Positions 41,682 through 51,647 of a stretch of 64,000 nucleotides of DNA are shown piece after piece. The stretch spans positions 128,001 through 192,000 of the forward strand of contig JAWAHS010000001.1 of the NCBI GenBank assembly GCA_038889075.1, read 5' to 3'. The notes under the pieces are model-generated. The model had not been told where the DNA came from, ran no database searches, and saw only the letters and a program-made list of their open reading frames with translations. Source of the stretch: Ignisphaera sp. (GTDB lineage: Archaea; Thermoproteota; Thermoprotei_A; Sulfolobales; Ignisphaeraceae). The position numbers and the translations under genes were made by a program. Every line of letters begins with the position of its first letter. Position 1 is the stretch's first letter.

Positions 41682-42440
41682 ATGAGGAGAATAGAGATCT
41701 ATGGGCTTAGAATAGACAAGGAAATTTTACCTGGGGATAATATAGCTGAAACGTTAATTATGGCAGCAGAAAGCAATGGTATTAGGATATTGGATGGTGA
41801 TATAATTGTCGTAAGTAGTAAGGTCATAGCTAAATCAGAGGGTCGAGTTGTTCCTCTGGATAGTGTGGAGCCGTCTGAGGAGGCTATGAGAATAGCTAAT
41901 ATAAGTAATAAGGATCCTAAACTAGTTGAATTGATATTGAGGGAATCAAAGGAAATTCTAAAAGTAGAGAGAAACAATATTATTGTGCTTACAAGACACG
42001 GTATTGTAGGAGCTAATGCAGGAATAGATCAGTCAAACACGGGAGGTACGGGAAAGGTTGTTTTGTTGCCTATAGATCCAGATGATTCAGCTAGGAAAAT
42101 TCGAAGATATATTAATGATAAGCTAGGAGTTAATGTAGCAGTAATAGTATCGGACACCTACGGCAGACCATTTAGAGAAGGACAAATCAATCTGGCAATA
42201 GGATTTGCAGGTATATGTCCGTACAGAGACTATAGGGGTCAAAGTGATAGGGATGGGTATATACTTAGAGTTAAGAATATTGCAATTGTGGATGAGATAG
42301 CAGCTGCCGCGGAGCTCGTTATGGGCCAATCAATAGAGAATACACCCTTTGCAATAGTTCGAGGAGTTGAATATGGTCGATGTGAGGAGGCCGGTTTTAA
42401 AGACATTGTAATGCCTAAAGAGCGGTGGCTGTTCAGATAA
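41682..42440 (+). CDS. cofE: F420-0:gamma-glutamyl ligase
   Basis: SKVIAKSEG, ANAGIDQSN, DTYGRPFREG, DEIAAAAELVMG. Confidence 0.93.
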   Translation: MRRIEIYGLRIDKEILPGDNIAETLIMAAESNGIRILDGDIIVVSSKVIAKSEGRVVPLDSVEPSEEAMRIANISNKDPKLVELILRESKEILKVERNNIIVLTRHGIVGANAGIDQSNTGGTGKVVLLPIDPDDSARKIRRYINDKLGVNVAVIVSDTYGRPFREGQINLAIGFAGICPYRDYRGQSDRDGYILRVKNIAIVDEIAAAAELVMGQSIENTPFAIVRGVEYGRCEEAGFKDIVMPKERWLFR

Positions 42441-42527
42441 ATAATCATAACATACCATATTGTGAAGCAGGGTAAATTTAAATACCATAGATTTAAATTC
42501 TACATATGTTACAGAGATTTAATGTGA

Positions 42528-43679
42528 TTGGCTTTGAGCAATACAAAGGTAACTAATGTATCGATGAACATAGATGTAGGTCTTTGTTCATTTTGTGGGG
42601 CATGTATAGCTATCTGTCCGACGCATGTAGGTTCAAAGAACCTTGATTACATTCCAGAGAAATCTGCCGATAAACCTGTTGTTAAGGATTTCCAAAAATG
42701 TGAGAAATGTAGACACACACTATGTATGCAGATATGTCCACAGTTAAACATACCGAGTAGCTCATTTAATACAAATAGTTACGGTTACCAAGGAGCATAC
42801 TATTCGAGGTCAAGGATGCAAGAAGTATTAAGTAGGGTACAGGATGGAGGGACGACCACAACACTTCTTCTTACAGCTCTAAGAGCAAAATTTGTGGACC
42901 ATGTATTAATCCTTAAAAAGGATGATGAATGGTATCCTAAACCTATGATTACTCAGAGTGAAAATGATGTTATAGAAGCAGGTGGTTCGAAATATGTTTT
43001 CTCTCCAATCCTTTCGGTTTTAGAAGAGGTTATAGATCGAATTGATATTGGTAAAGTAGCAGTTGTTGGTATTCCGTGTCAGTTGAGGGCTCTTGAAAAC
43101 ATTAGTAGACTTGGATTTAAACATAATAGTATCGCAGCTCTTAGAATCGGGTTATTCTGCATGCACAGTTTTTCAAGAGATAGAATGGAATTGATACTAA
43201 AGGAGCTTGGCGTACAATTCAAAGATGTGGTAAAAATGAATATAAAGAAAGGAAAGCTATGGTTTACACTAAGAGATGGAAGAATATTAGATTACCCATT
43301 AAGAAAAGCAGAGAAAGTACTCAGACCAGCATGTAGACAGTGTCCAGAGCTCTTTTCACCGTATGCCGATGTAAATGTGGGATCCATAGGAGCAGAGGAG
43401 AATTGGAATAGCCTATTGATTATGAATTCGAGAGGAAGAGAGCTTGTTGAAAAAGCGATTGACATGGGACTATTAGAGATTAAGCCTATGGACAATAGCG
43501 GTACTGAAACCATAGAAAAATATGTAAATAAAAAGGTTAGTGAAGCATTAAAGTATAGAGAGCTATATACTAAGGAGTTCCAAAATGTTCTACTCATAAC
43601 TCCTACAAAGAGAGGTAGAAAATTAAATGAGATCTTAGAACACAAGTCTGGAAGAAGTATCTATCTATCACCACTCTAG
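42528..43679 (+). CDS. FrhB/FdhB/FpoF-family F420-binding flavoprotein with N-terminal ferredoxin domain
   Basis: CSFCGACIAICP and CEKC..CMQICP; QDGG, GSKY, GIPCQ, GLFC, CRQC. Confidence 0.9.
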   Translation: MALSNTKVTNVSMNIDVGLCSFCGACIAICPTHVGSKNLDYIPEKSADKPVVKDFQKCEKCRHTLCMQICPQLNIPSSSFNTNSYGYQGAYYSRSRMQEVLSRVQDGGTTTTLLLTALRAKFVDHVLILKKDDEWYPKPMITQSENDVIEAGGSKYVFSPILSVLEEVIDRIDIGKVAVVGIPCQLRALENISRLGFKHNSIAALRIGLFCMHSFSRDRMELILKELGVQFKDVVKMNIKKGKLWFTLRDGRILDYPLRKAEKVLRPACRQCPELFSPYADVNVGSIGAEENWNSLLIMNSRGRELVEKAIDMGLLEIKPMDNSGTETIEKYVNKKVSEALKYRELYTKEFQNVLLITPTKRGRKLNEILEHKSGRSIYLSPL

Positions 43680-43681
43680 GG

Positions 43682-44158
43682 GTGGCTACAATGGTTAAAA
43701 AGATATTTATAGACATAGCGAAATGCATTGGCTGTCATGCTTGTGAAATAGCCTGTGAAGAAACTCATGGAAAATCGTACATATCTGTATATGAGGTTAC
43801 GGACTTCCTTACAATACCATTGAAGTGCATGCATTGTGAGAAAGCACCATGTATCAGAGTATGTCCGACTAGAGCTATGAGGAGAGCTGATGGTATCGTT
43901 GTCGTTGATGATGCTAGATGCATTGGCTGTACCTCTTGTATATCAGTATGTCCATTTGGAGCACCAGAGCTCAATATGAAAGGAATTATAGAAAAGTGTG
44001 ATCAATGTAGAATGCGTACTATGAAGGGTCTACTACCAGCATGTGTAGCAGTATGCCCTACGGGAGCACTAGTATTTATGGAGGAAGAGGAGTTTACCAA
44101 ATTAAGAAGATTAAATGTAGTAAAAGAACTGAGTGAAAAATTAGTAGCATATCAATGA
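43682..44158 (+). CDS. 4x[4Fe-4S] electron-transfer protein (CooF/HycB-like)
   Basis: CIGCHACEIAC, CMHCEKAPCIRVCP, CIGCTSCISVCP, KCDQC..CVAVCP. Confidence 0.9.
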   Translation: MATMVKKIFIDIAKCIGCHACEIACEETHGKSYISVYEVTDFLTIPLKCMHCEKAPCIRVCPTRAMRRADGIVVVDDARCIGCTSCISVCPFGAPELNMKGIIEKCDQCRMRTMKGLLPACVAVCPTGALVFMEEEEFTKLRRLNVVKELSEKLVAYQ

Positions 44159-44175
44159 ATGAAAATGAAATATAT

Positions 44176-44922
44176 CTAGAATGTGTACAGTTCATTCCAA
44201 TGTTTTTCGATTGCAATTTTTAAAGCGTTGATTGCTTCTCTAGAAACTCTCCCAAGTCTATTGCCGCTACATGCAGCCGTCCTAACGCCAATTACATTAA
44301 AACCCAGACTTACACATGTGGGGATGTGCTCAGCTCTTAAACCACCAGCAATAGCTGTATATAGACCGTTCCTATTAGCATTTAGAACAAATTCCTCTAA
44401 ATATCGAAGAGGGATGTGATCAAAGGTTGATTTGCCATCCTTAATTCGTGTATCAATCATAACCCCTTGAACTTTAGCTACTTTAGCTAGGTCAATGACT
44501 TTTAGAGGCTCTAATGTACCTATACTTTTCCAATCGGCATAACTAACTAAAACAATATCAGTTTCATTATTACAGTAGGCAATAGTTCTTCTAATCTGTG
44601 AAACTGTGGATACAGCTTTATCGTAATCGTTCATCTCTATTCCTATTTTGATGTAATCGACGTCAAGTAGAGATAGTGTGTAGGCTATATAGCTAAGGGC
44701 ATGACTATATTCTCTTACATCACCTATCGCTACGCTTATCTCCTTATAGTTTTCAACGCTATTCACAATGCTGAGGACGACGTCTAGCGATGGAAGTCCT
44801 AGGGAGCCTATAGAGGGATCTTTAACATCAATTATATCAGCACTGCTATTTATTACCTCTGGTACTTCATCTACAGTCCATATGCTGATAAGAAGTTTTG
44901 GTTTTACCCTTACAATGGACAT
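44176..44922 (-). CDS. mfnB: (5-formylfuran-3-yl)methyl phosphate synthase
   Basis: LLIS, DIIDVKDP..GSLG, DYIKIG, MIDT.IKDG, GVRTAAC. Confidence 0.9.
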   Translation of the reverse strand: MSIVRVKPKLLISIWTVDEVPEVINSSADIIDVKDPSIGSLGLPSLDVVLSIVNSVENYKEISVAIGDVREYSHALSYIAYTLSLLDVDYIKIGIEMNDYDKAVSTVSQIRRTIAYCNNETDIVLVSYADWKSIGTLEPLKVIDLAKVAKVQGVMIDTRIKDGKSTFDHIPLRYLEEFVLNANRNGLYTAIAGGLRAEHIPTCVSLGFNVIGVRTAACSGNRLGRVSREAINALKIAIEKHWNELYTF

Positions 44923-45058
44923 ATTTCTCTTACCCTATCGTTCCTGCATGTTTAAAGATTGCTGTAGCGTTAATAAATACACCATATCAGTTGCGATTAA
45001 GGTTCAAACGTTTTAAAGCTTAAATACGTGTACTATTTAAAGCCCTGTATCTAATGCT

Positions 45059-47206
45059 ATGAATGTCTGTGGACATCTAGAAGGTGATGCGCTATTGGCT
45101 AATGGAGGTGCAGATCTATTTAGACCTAGGAGCGTAGCGGTTATTGGAGCGTCTAGGGAACCAGGCAAGGTTGGATATGCAGTACTAAAAAATATTATTA
45201 ATAGTGGCTTTCAAGGAAAGATATATCCTATAAATCCTAAGGCAGAAGAAATACTGGGTATTAAGGCATACAAATCGGTGTTAGATGTTTCTGACGATAT
45301 AGATCTGGGTGTAATTGTTGTACCTGCTTCCATAGCTCTAGATGTTGCTGAAGAATGTGGTAAGAAGGGTATTAAGCATCTTGTTGTAATATCAGCTGGC
45401 TTTAAGGAGGTAGGGGGTGAGGGTATTGAGAGAGAGAAAAAGCTTGTGGATATAGCTAGAAAATATGGTATGAGGATGGTAGGGCCTAACTGCCTTGGTA
45501 TTATAGATACGTATACACCCATAAATGCATCATTCTCAGCTACTATGCCAAAAAGAGGTAGTATAGCTTTTATATCACAGAGTGGTGCGCTCCTTACCGC
45601 AATTCTTGACTGGAGTATTAAGAAGGGTATAGGTTTTTCAAGAATTGTAAGCTTAGGCAATAAAGCTGATTTGAACGAAGCTGACTTTATCCAGGCTGTT
45701 GAAGAGGATGTTAATACAAAAGTTGTTTTGCTATATTTAGAATCTATTGAAAATGGTAGAAAGCTTATAGAGGTAGCGGCTAGAGTTGGTAGGAAGAAGC
45801 CTATTGTTCTACTTAAGGGTGGTGTTACAGAGGCTGGTGCTAGAGCTGCTATGAGCCATACTGGAGCTATGACAAGTAGTACAACGATTCTCGAAGCTGG
45901 GCTTAAAAAGGCAGGTATCTTGATTGCTCGTAACCTTTCAGAGCTATTCGATTATGCTGTGGCGTTTAGTTATCAGCCAATACCTTTAAATAATAGAATT
46001 GCTGTAGTAACCAATGCCGGAGGACCGGGAGTTATAACATCGGATTTGATTGTGTCTAGGGGACTGAGGCTAGCATCATTCACTTCAGATACTATAAATA
46101 GTCTTAGGTCAAAGCTTCCGCCAGCAGCAGCTGTGTACAATCCTGTTGATGTATTAGGGGATGCTAGAGCTGATAGGTATAGCTATGCTATAGAGACCGT
46201 GTTGAACGATGATAACGTAGATGGTCTGATAGTTATACTCACGCCCCAAGCTATGACAGAGCCTGTAGAGACTGCAAAGGCTATGCTAAGACTGAATAAA
46301 AAGCATCCAAACAAGCCGATGGTGGGAGTATTTATAGGGGGTGATATGGTTGAGGAGGCATCTAGAATTCTTATGGAGAATGGTGTTCCAGTATATGATT
46401 TGCCTGAAAGGGGTGTTATTGCAATTTATGGTCTGTGTAGATATAGAGAAAGTCTAGAGTATTTGGAGAGAATTTTAGAGAGGGCAATATTCTTTGATGT
46501 TGATAAAGCTACGGCACTATCTATTATAGATAGCGTTAAGAGTGAAAATCGTAAAACATTGCTAGAATCGGAAGCTAAGGATTTAATAAAAAGCTATGGT
46601 ATTCCAGTAGCACCTACACGTCTTGCGAAAAATGAAGATGAGGCTGTTGAAATAGCTAGTAGGATCGGCTATCCAGTGGTACTGAAGATAGCTTCGCCAG
46701 ATATTATGCACAAGACAGATATAGGAGGTGTTGTAATGAATATAAATTCGGAGAAGGAAGTAAGAGAAGCCTTTAGAACAATAATTGACAGAGCATATAA
46801 ATATGCTCCAAGGGCACTGGTCTACGGAGTAGCAGTTCAGAAAATGGTTCCCAGAGGTAGGGAGGTAATAATTGGTGTATCTAAGGATCCATCATTTGGT
46901 CATGTTATAATGTTTGGTCTTGGCGGTATATATACAAATGTATTCAGAGATGTTTCATTCAGACTCGCCCCCCTCTCAGCGTATGAGGCTAGAGAGATGA
47001 TTAGTGAAACGAAAGCATATACGTTACTAAGGGGTTATAGAGGGGAGCCACCAGCAGATGTATCCTCAATAGTAAATATACTGTTAAGAGTTAGTCAATT
47101 GGTTACCGAGATACCCGATATAGTAGAAATGGATATTAACCCCCTCTTTGTATATAATGAAGGTATGGGTAGTCTAGCTATAGATGTAAAGGTGGTACTT
47201 TCATAG
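45059..47206 (+). CDS. ADP-forming acetyl-CoA synthetase, fused alpha-beta
   Basis: CoA-binding GPNCLG, SQSG, phospho-His SHTG, NAGG, ATP-grasp HKTDIGGV..DINP; probable start TTG 45095. Confidence 0.92.
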   Translation: MNVCGHLEGDALLANGGADLFRPRSVAVIGASREPGKVGYAVLKNIINSGFQGKIYPINPKAEEILGIKAYKSVLDVSDDIDLGVIVVPASIALDVAEECGKKGIKHLVVISAGFKEVGGEGIEREKKLVDIARKYGMRMVGPNCLGIIDTYTPINASFSATMPKRGSIAFISQSGALLTAILDWSIKKGIGFSRIVSLGNKADLNEADFIQAVEEDVNTKVVLLYLESIENGRKLIEVAARVGRKKPIVLLKGGVTEAGARAAMSHTGAMTSSTTILEAGLKKAGILIARNLSELFDYAVAFSYQPIPLNNRIAVVTNAGGPGVITSDLIVSRGLRLASFTSDTINSLRSKLPPAAAVYNPVDVLGDARADRYSYAIETVLNDDNVDGLIVILTPQAMTEPVETAKAMLRLNKKHPNKPMVGVFIGGDMVEEASRILMENGVPVYDLPERGVIAIYGLCRYRESLEYLERILERAIFFDVDKATALSIIDSVKSENRKTLLESEAKDLIKSYGIPVAPTRLAKNEDEAVEIASRIGYPVVLKIASPDIMHKTDIGGVVMNINSEKEVREAFRTIIDRAYKYAPRALVYGVAVQKMVPRGREVIIGVSKDPSFGHVIMFGLGGIYTNVFRDVSFRLAPLSAYEAREMISETKAYTLLRGYRGEPPADVSSIVNILLRVSQLVTEIPDIVEMDINPLFVYNEGMGSLAIDVKVVLS

Positions 47207-47216
47207 GTGGTGACTG

Positions 47217-48278
47217 ATGAGGGCTATATATGTAGTTGGTGAAAGAGGTAAAACTATTCTAATATATGGGCTACTAAGAAGATTCTCCCTAGAGGGGTTT
47301 AAGGTAGCATACTTTAAGCCCATATCAATGGCTAGAATGAGAGTTGCATCTGGTAAATATGTAGATACAGATGTTATTGCAATTAAGGATGCGCTAAACC
47401 TTGAGAATTCTATAGAGCATATTTCACCGATAGTAATATCTAGGAGCTATCTTGAATTAAGTGAGCGTGTAGATGAGGTTAAAAGCAGCATCTTGGAGGG
47501 TTTTAAGAAAGTTGTTGAGGGAAAAGATATAGTCATTATTGAAGGATACACACCAGCCGAGGCACTAACATCTATAAATTGTAACTTTGTAGAGCTTGCA
47601 AAGTTGTTTGGAGCAAAAATCGTACTGGTTATGGATTGTAGAAGTAGGATTGTGATCGATGAAATAATAGATAGGGCAATCCTATATAAATGCTTCATAG
47701 AGAAATCAGGCGGCGAACTGTATGGTGTTATACTCAATACTGTACCAATAGTGTACACCGAACGTGTTAAGAGCTTGATCGTGCCGTATCTAGAAAAGCT
47801 TGGGATTAGAGTACTTGGCGTAATTGAAGAAAGACCTAGACTTACGGCATTAACCGTAAAAGATATTGTGGAAGCGCTAAACGCTGAGGTATTGGAGGGT
47901 AAAGATAGGCTAAATTCTATGGTGGAGGATATTCTAATAGGTGCTATGAGCCCTGAGGCTGCTCTTAGATGGTTTAGAAGAGCTGTAAATGCAGCTATTG
48001 TAACAGGTGGTGATAGAACTGATTTAATTATGCAGGCACTTGAAACTCGACCAAGTGTTGTAATTTTAACCGGGAATCTATATCCCTCTATAGGTGTTTT
48101 GGTAAAGGCTAGAGAAACGGGTACACCAATATTACTAGTACCATATGATACATTTACAACAGTTGAGAGGCTTAAAGAGATGCAGGGAATAATCACCGCA
48201 GATTCATTAAAAGCTAGAGACAAGGATTTGATAACAATAATTGAAAAGGAGATTAAATGGAGAGAGCTACTGGCATAG
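47217..48278 (+). CDS. Phosphotransacetylase N-terminal-like (BioD-like + DRTGG) protein
   Basis: GKT, YFKP, IIEG, IGAM, VTGGDRTD; no Pta catalytic domain. Confidence 0.88.
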   Translation: MRAIYVVGERGKTILIYGLLRRFSLEGFKVAYFKPISMARMRVASGKYVDTDVIAIKDALNLENSIEHISPIVISRSYLELSERVDEVKSSILEGFKKVVEGKDIVIIEGYTPAEALTSINCNFVELAKLFGAKIVLVMDCRSRIVIDEIIDRAILYKCFIEKSGGELYGVILNTVPIVYTERVKSLIVPYLEKLGIRVLGVIEERPRLTALTVKDIVEALNAEVLEGKDRLNSMVEDILIGAMSPEAALRWFRRAVNAAIVTGGDRTDLIMQALETRPSVVILTGNLYPSIGVLVKARETGTPILLVPYDTFTTVERLKEMQGIITADSLKARDKDLITIIEKEIKWRELLA

Positions 48279-48283
48279 TAATT

Positions 48284-49177
48284 CTACATCTTTTTAAATC
48301 TCAACACTATAATGGGATAGTGCTTAACTCTTCTGAGAGATAGCCATGTGACAGATCTAAAATGTTCCATACCCAACGCTTTAACCATTTCAATAATGTT
48401 CCTTCCAATACCATAACCACGGAATTTCTCGCCTATACGTGCTAGCCTAAGTAATGTATAGAGATCGAGTTGAATACCTATATATGCTGTCGGGGTTGGA
48501 AATTTCTCAAATAAATTTCTAAATACCTTTCCAAGAATGTAGGCAGCAACACCGAGATCTATAATACCCTTTACCGTAGAGGGTCTTGTTGCTATTGCAA
48601 GAGATTTAATATTCTTTGGAACAAAACAGCTATCGGTATCAACAACGAGAATGTTTATGTTTGCGGATAGCTTACCCTCTATGGATTGTTTCATCTCTCT
48701 AATTATCTTAGCAACATTTTTAACTGGTATAGATACGTAGTAGTACGGAAGATTTGTAGCATCTATACCAGATTCAGAAAGAGGTTTTAAAAAATGCCGC
48801 ATTCCACCATAGTATAATGCTAATTTCTTGTGCTTTGCTAGAAGATCTATAGGGGTTTCACTTACAATTCTAATTGTATTTATATCTGTAAACAGTTTTC
48901 TGAGAAGATATCCCCAGAGAATTCTTGAGGTAAAGAATGTCATCATAGACGTCATAGGATCAACATTCACCGCATTCTCATCATAGATATTACCAAGAGC
49001 TATACTGAGGGCCTTGTCAGATATAACAATAATATCGTTATTTTTAATTGTATTACCATATACTTTTACAATCTCCTTAACAACATCTGTACCGGGCAGC
49101 CAATACTTACAAGGCTTTCTAATAACGCATAGCCTGTATCTGCTCCTTAGATTTAGATAATTCACGAATTGTTGCAC
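48284..49177 (-). CDS. Second, divergent CofE-like (F420 ligase family) protein
   Basis: YWLPG, DIIVISDKA, GIDATN, VVDTD. Confidence 0.7.
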   Translation of the reverse strand: MQQFVNYLNLRSRYRLCVIRKPCKYWLPGTDVVKEIVKVYGNTIKNNDIIVISDKALSIALGNIYDENAVNVDPMTSMMTFFTSRILWGYLLRKLFTDINTIRIVSETPIDLLAKHKKLALYYGGMRHFLKPLSESGIDATNLPYYYVSIPVKNVAKIIREMKQSIEGKLSANINILVVDTDSCFVPKNIKSLAIATRPSTVKGIIDLGVAAYILGKVFRNLFEKFPTPTAYIGIQLDLYTLLRLARIGEKFRGYGIGRNIIEMVKALGMEHFRSVTWLSLRRVKHYPIIVLRFKKM

Positions 49178-49198
49178 CTTCCACCTACTAAATGTAGT

Positions 49199-49939
49199 CT
49201 ATAGAAATGCATTTATGGTAATTGATAGGTATAGACATAATAGCAACATCATCGAGGACGCTACGACTATTATAGCATCTACGATCTTTATTGAAGCATC
49301 TATTGGATACTTAGGTATGCCATAAATGTAGGTAGCCTCTGTGATTTCTTTAGCATAATTTACAGAATGTAAAATCATTGGCAACAAGGCCTTGTATAGG
49401 TATCTTGAACCATACTTTAGCTTTACTGTTGATAGCGCCTCTGAATACACTATCATGATGTAGGGAATCTGTGAAAAAGCAATAGCTATAGAGGTTCCCA
49501 ATTCACCAAGGCCTATTTTTTCGAGAAACCATCGAATCTCTTCTATTCTAGTCCACTGGAATATCGATGCTATGGTCATAAACATAAGGGCTCCTTTCAA
49601 TGAGGCTATGGTTGCGCTAGTTATATCAACAACCCAGAAGTTGAAGAACTTAGCCAATAGATTTATAGCCAGACCTATTGCTATAAAGATTACAACAAAC
49701 TGCAGTCCTCCTAAAATCTTTCTAAAACTGCCACTCGTATGAAGAATGATTAGAATTGCAACTAATGCAGGTAACATGTAGAACAAATTGGATAGAGGTT
49801 TTAGTTTTAGAAACGAGCTGATGAGAAGGTATAGAAGTAGAATGGTAGGAATAGCTATCCTCGTGATAACACTTAGCCCCGTAGATGAAGTGTAGATAAA
49901 CGCATATGCTAGATTCTTCAACATTGATATGTTACCCAC
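49199..49939 (-). CDS. Membrane protein, probable ECF T component
   Basis: Multi-TM; WTRIEEIRWFLEKIG and C-terminal EATYIYG pattern; follows the S component. Confidence 0.6.
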   Translation of the reverse strand: MGNISMLKNLAYAFIYTSSTGLSVITRIAIPTILLLYLLISSFLKLKPLSNLFYMLPALVAILIILHTSGSFRKILGGLQFVVIFIAIGLAINLLAKFFNFWVVDITSATIASLKGALMFMTIASIFQWTRIEEIRWFLEKIGLGELGTSIAIAFSQIPYIMIVYSEALSTVKLKYGSRYLYKALLPMILHSVNYAKEITEATYIYGIPKYPIDASIKIVDAIIVVASSMMLLLCLYLSITINAFL

Positions 49940-50055
49940 AGCAGCATATTATGGTACGACACTTGTTGTAAAATAATGTAGTTTTATAAGGTATTTAGCT
50001 TTACTATTTGACCTAGCACCAAACTATTTAATTTTAACTTAAAATAGAGTATTGA

Positions 50056-50658
50056 TTAGGTAACGAAACCCATTTTGCTGAGTATTCTCACTATAGGTAT
50101 TGAGAATGTAGAGGTATATGCAGCTGAAATTGCATTGAATAGTACTATTAAGTGGAGAATAGGTATAATGATACTATGCAATGCTACAGTATACGATGGT
50201 GCTCCCCAGAATAGTGTTGCTATTAATGGTGTTATAAGGATGTTTAATACTACCATAGCTATAGACCTGCTTATTACTGCCACAAATATAAGTAGGAGAA
50301 ACATCACTTTAGCAGATATGCGAGGATACGCCCTACGGAGATACCTGTATGTATATACCATCGGTATATATGTTGAAGCCTCAGCTAAAACCTTCATAAG
50401 AGGGCTTAAAGGATTTGTAGCTCCCATTAGTAAGATTCCTAAATAGAATATGGGTAACCCTAGCGAAATTGAAAGTGGTAGATTTACAAATCCGGCTACT
50501 GCTAATGGTATTCCACAGAGATCAAATTTTAGGAACGGTGCTAATGGAAAGTCGATTTTCCCAAGATGAATAGGTATAGCAAGGCTAGATAGTATAACCA
50601 CTAGAGCTTTAGTTAAACTGAATGTTTTTGAAGATATTTTGGGGACTGGTGTAGTCAA
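50056..50658 (-). CDS. ECF transporter S component (RibU-like)
   Basis: FPLAPFLKFDLCGIP, helix pair RSIAMVVLN and FNAI; ~200 aa, 6 TM. Confidence 0.8.
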   Translation of the reverse strand: MTTPVPKISSKTFSLTKALVVILSSLAIPIHLGKIDFPLAPFLKFDLCGIPLAVAGFVNLPLSISLGLPIFYLGILLMGATNPLSPLMKVLAEASTYIPMVYTYRYLRRAYPRISAKVMFLLLIFVAVISRSIAMVVLNILITPLIATLFWGAPSYTVALHSIIIPILHLIVLFNAISAAYTSTFSIPIVRILSKMGFVT

Positions 50659-50662
50659 TCTA

Positions 50663-51634
50663 TCATACCGCCCTTCTATAGCTCTTCACTATATTTAAAA
50701 CTTTTTGTGCTAATATCACCTTAGCATCTATGCTATCCATAGCTATATTAGCTAGTGTCACATCTACTCCTATTTCTCCTTTTATCCTATGTGCTAAGTG
50801 TTCATCGGAAGAGTCTATAACGATGTCTGATATGATATCAGAATACATCTCAGCAATACTATATGCCGTTGGTTCGTAGCCTAAATACTTCAATAGAACA
50901 TGGGCTACCCCAGTAAAGGCTCTACCATTCCTAATTGGGGAAACTGCCACTATTGGTACCCCTGCTTCACGTTTCTTTCTAATACATTCTCTTATACCTC
51001 TAGTGCTAAGTATTGGATTTATGCTTAGGAATGGGTTGCTAGGTCCTATTACAATTATATCAGCGTTAGTTATAGCATTTAGAACTTCAGGTGGGGCCTT
51101 AGCTTCACCTATACCTCTGTATTCGATCTTGAAGACTTTTACCTTTTCAGGGTTCTGTTTAGCTGCATATTTAACGAGATATTCCTGAATGTGAAGGTCA
51201 CCTAGATCTGTATATATGTGTGTTTCTACATGTTCATCGCTCATAGGTAGAATTACCCCTTTAGCTTTAAGGACTTTAGAAATATACCTTGTAATCTCTG
51301 TTAATCTAAATCCTTGTCTAAGCATGTGGGTTCTAACTATGTGTATAGCTAGATCTCTATCTCCTAATACAAACCAGTCTAAAACGTTAAATCTCCTAAT
51401 CATACTGTATGTATTGAAAGTATCATTAATAATGCCCCAATACCTGCCAGTATCAAGTAATCCACAGGCAAGGTATGTAGCAGAATCGACGTCAGGTGCT
51501 ATGTAAAGGTCTAAAAGCCATATATTGTCAGCAGTGTTAACCACTACAGTTATCGTTTCTGGATCAATCAGTTCCCTTAATCCTTCAAAAAGCTTTAGAC
51601 CACCCTGGCCACCAGTAAGCAGGACAATATTCAC
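50663..51634 (-). CDS. cofD: 2-phospho-L-lactate transferase
   Basis: GGQGGLK, VNTAD, PDVD, LGDRD, PMSD, GPSNP. Confidence 0.95.
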   Translation of the reverse strand: MNIVLLTGGQGGLKLFEGLRELIDPETITVVVNTADNIWLLDLYIAPDVDSATYLACGLLDTGRYWGIINDTFNTYSMIRRFNVLDWFVLGDRDLAIHIVRTHMLRQGFRLTEITRYISKVLKAKGVILPMSDEHVETHIYTDLGDLHIQEYLVKYAAKQNPEKVKVFKIEYRGIGEAKAPPEVLNAITNADIIVIGPSNPFLSINPILSTRGIRECIRKKREAGVPIVAVSPIRNGRAFTGVAHVLLKYLGYEPTAYSIAEMYSDIISDIVIDSSDEHLAHRIKGEIGVDVTLANIAMDSIDAKVILAQKVLNIVKSYRRAV

Positions 51635-51647
51635 GTATGCGTCACCA

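Noticed and set aside
47447-48223. 258-aa antisense ORF, plus many other shadow ORFs (e.g. 39330-39977, 32001-32507, 14340-14783)
   Set aside because: They lie opposite well-supported genes, are Ser/Ile/Pro-rich as expected from antisense codon bias, and carry no motifs
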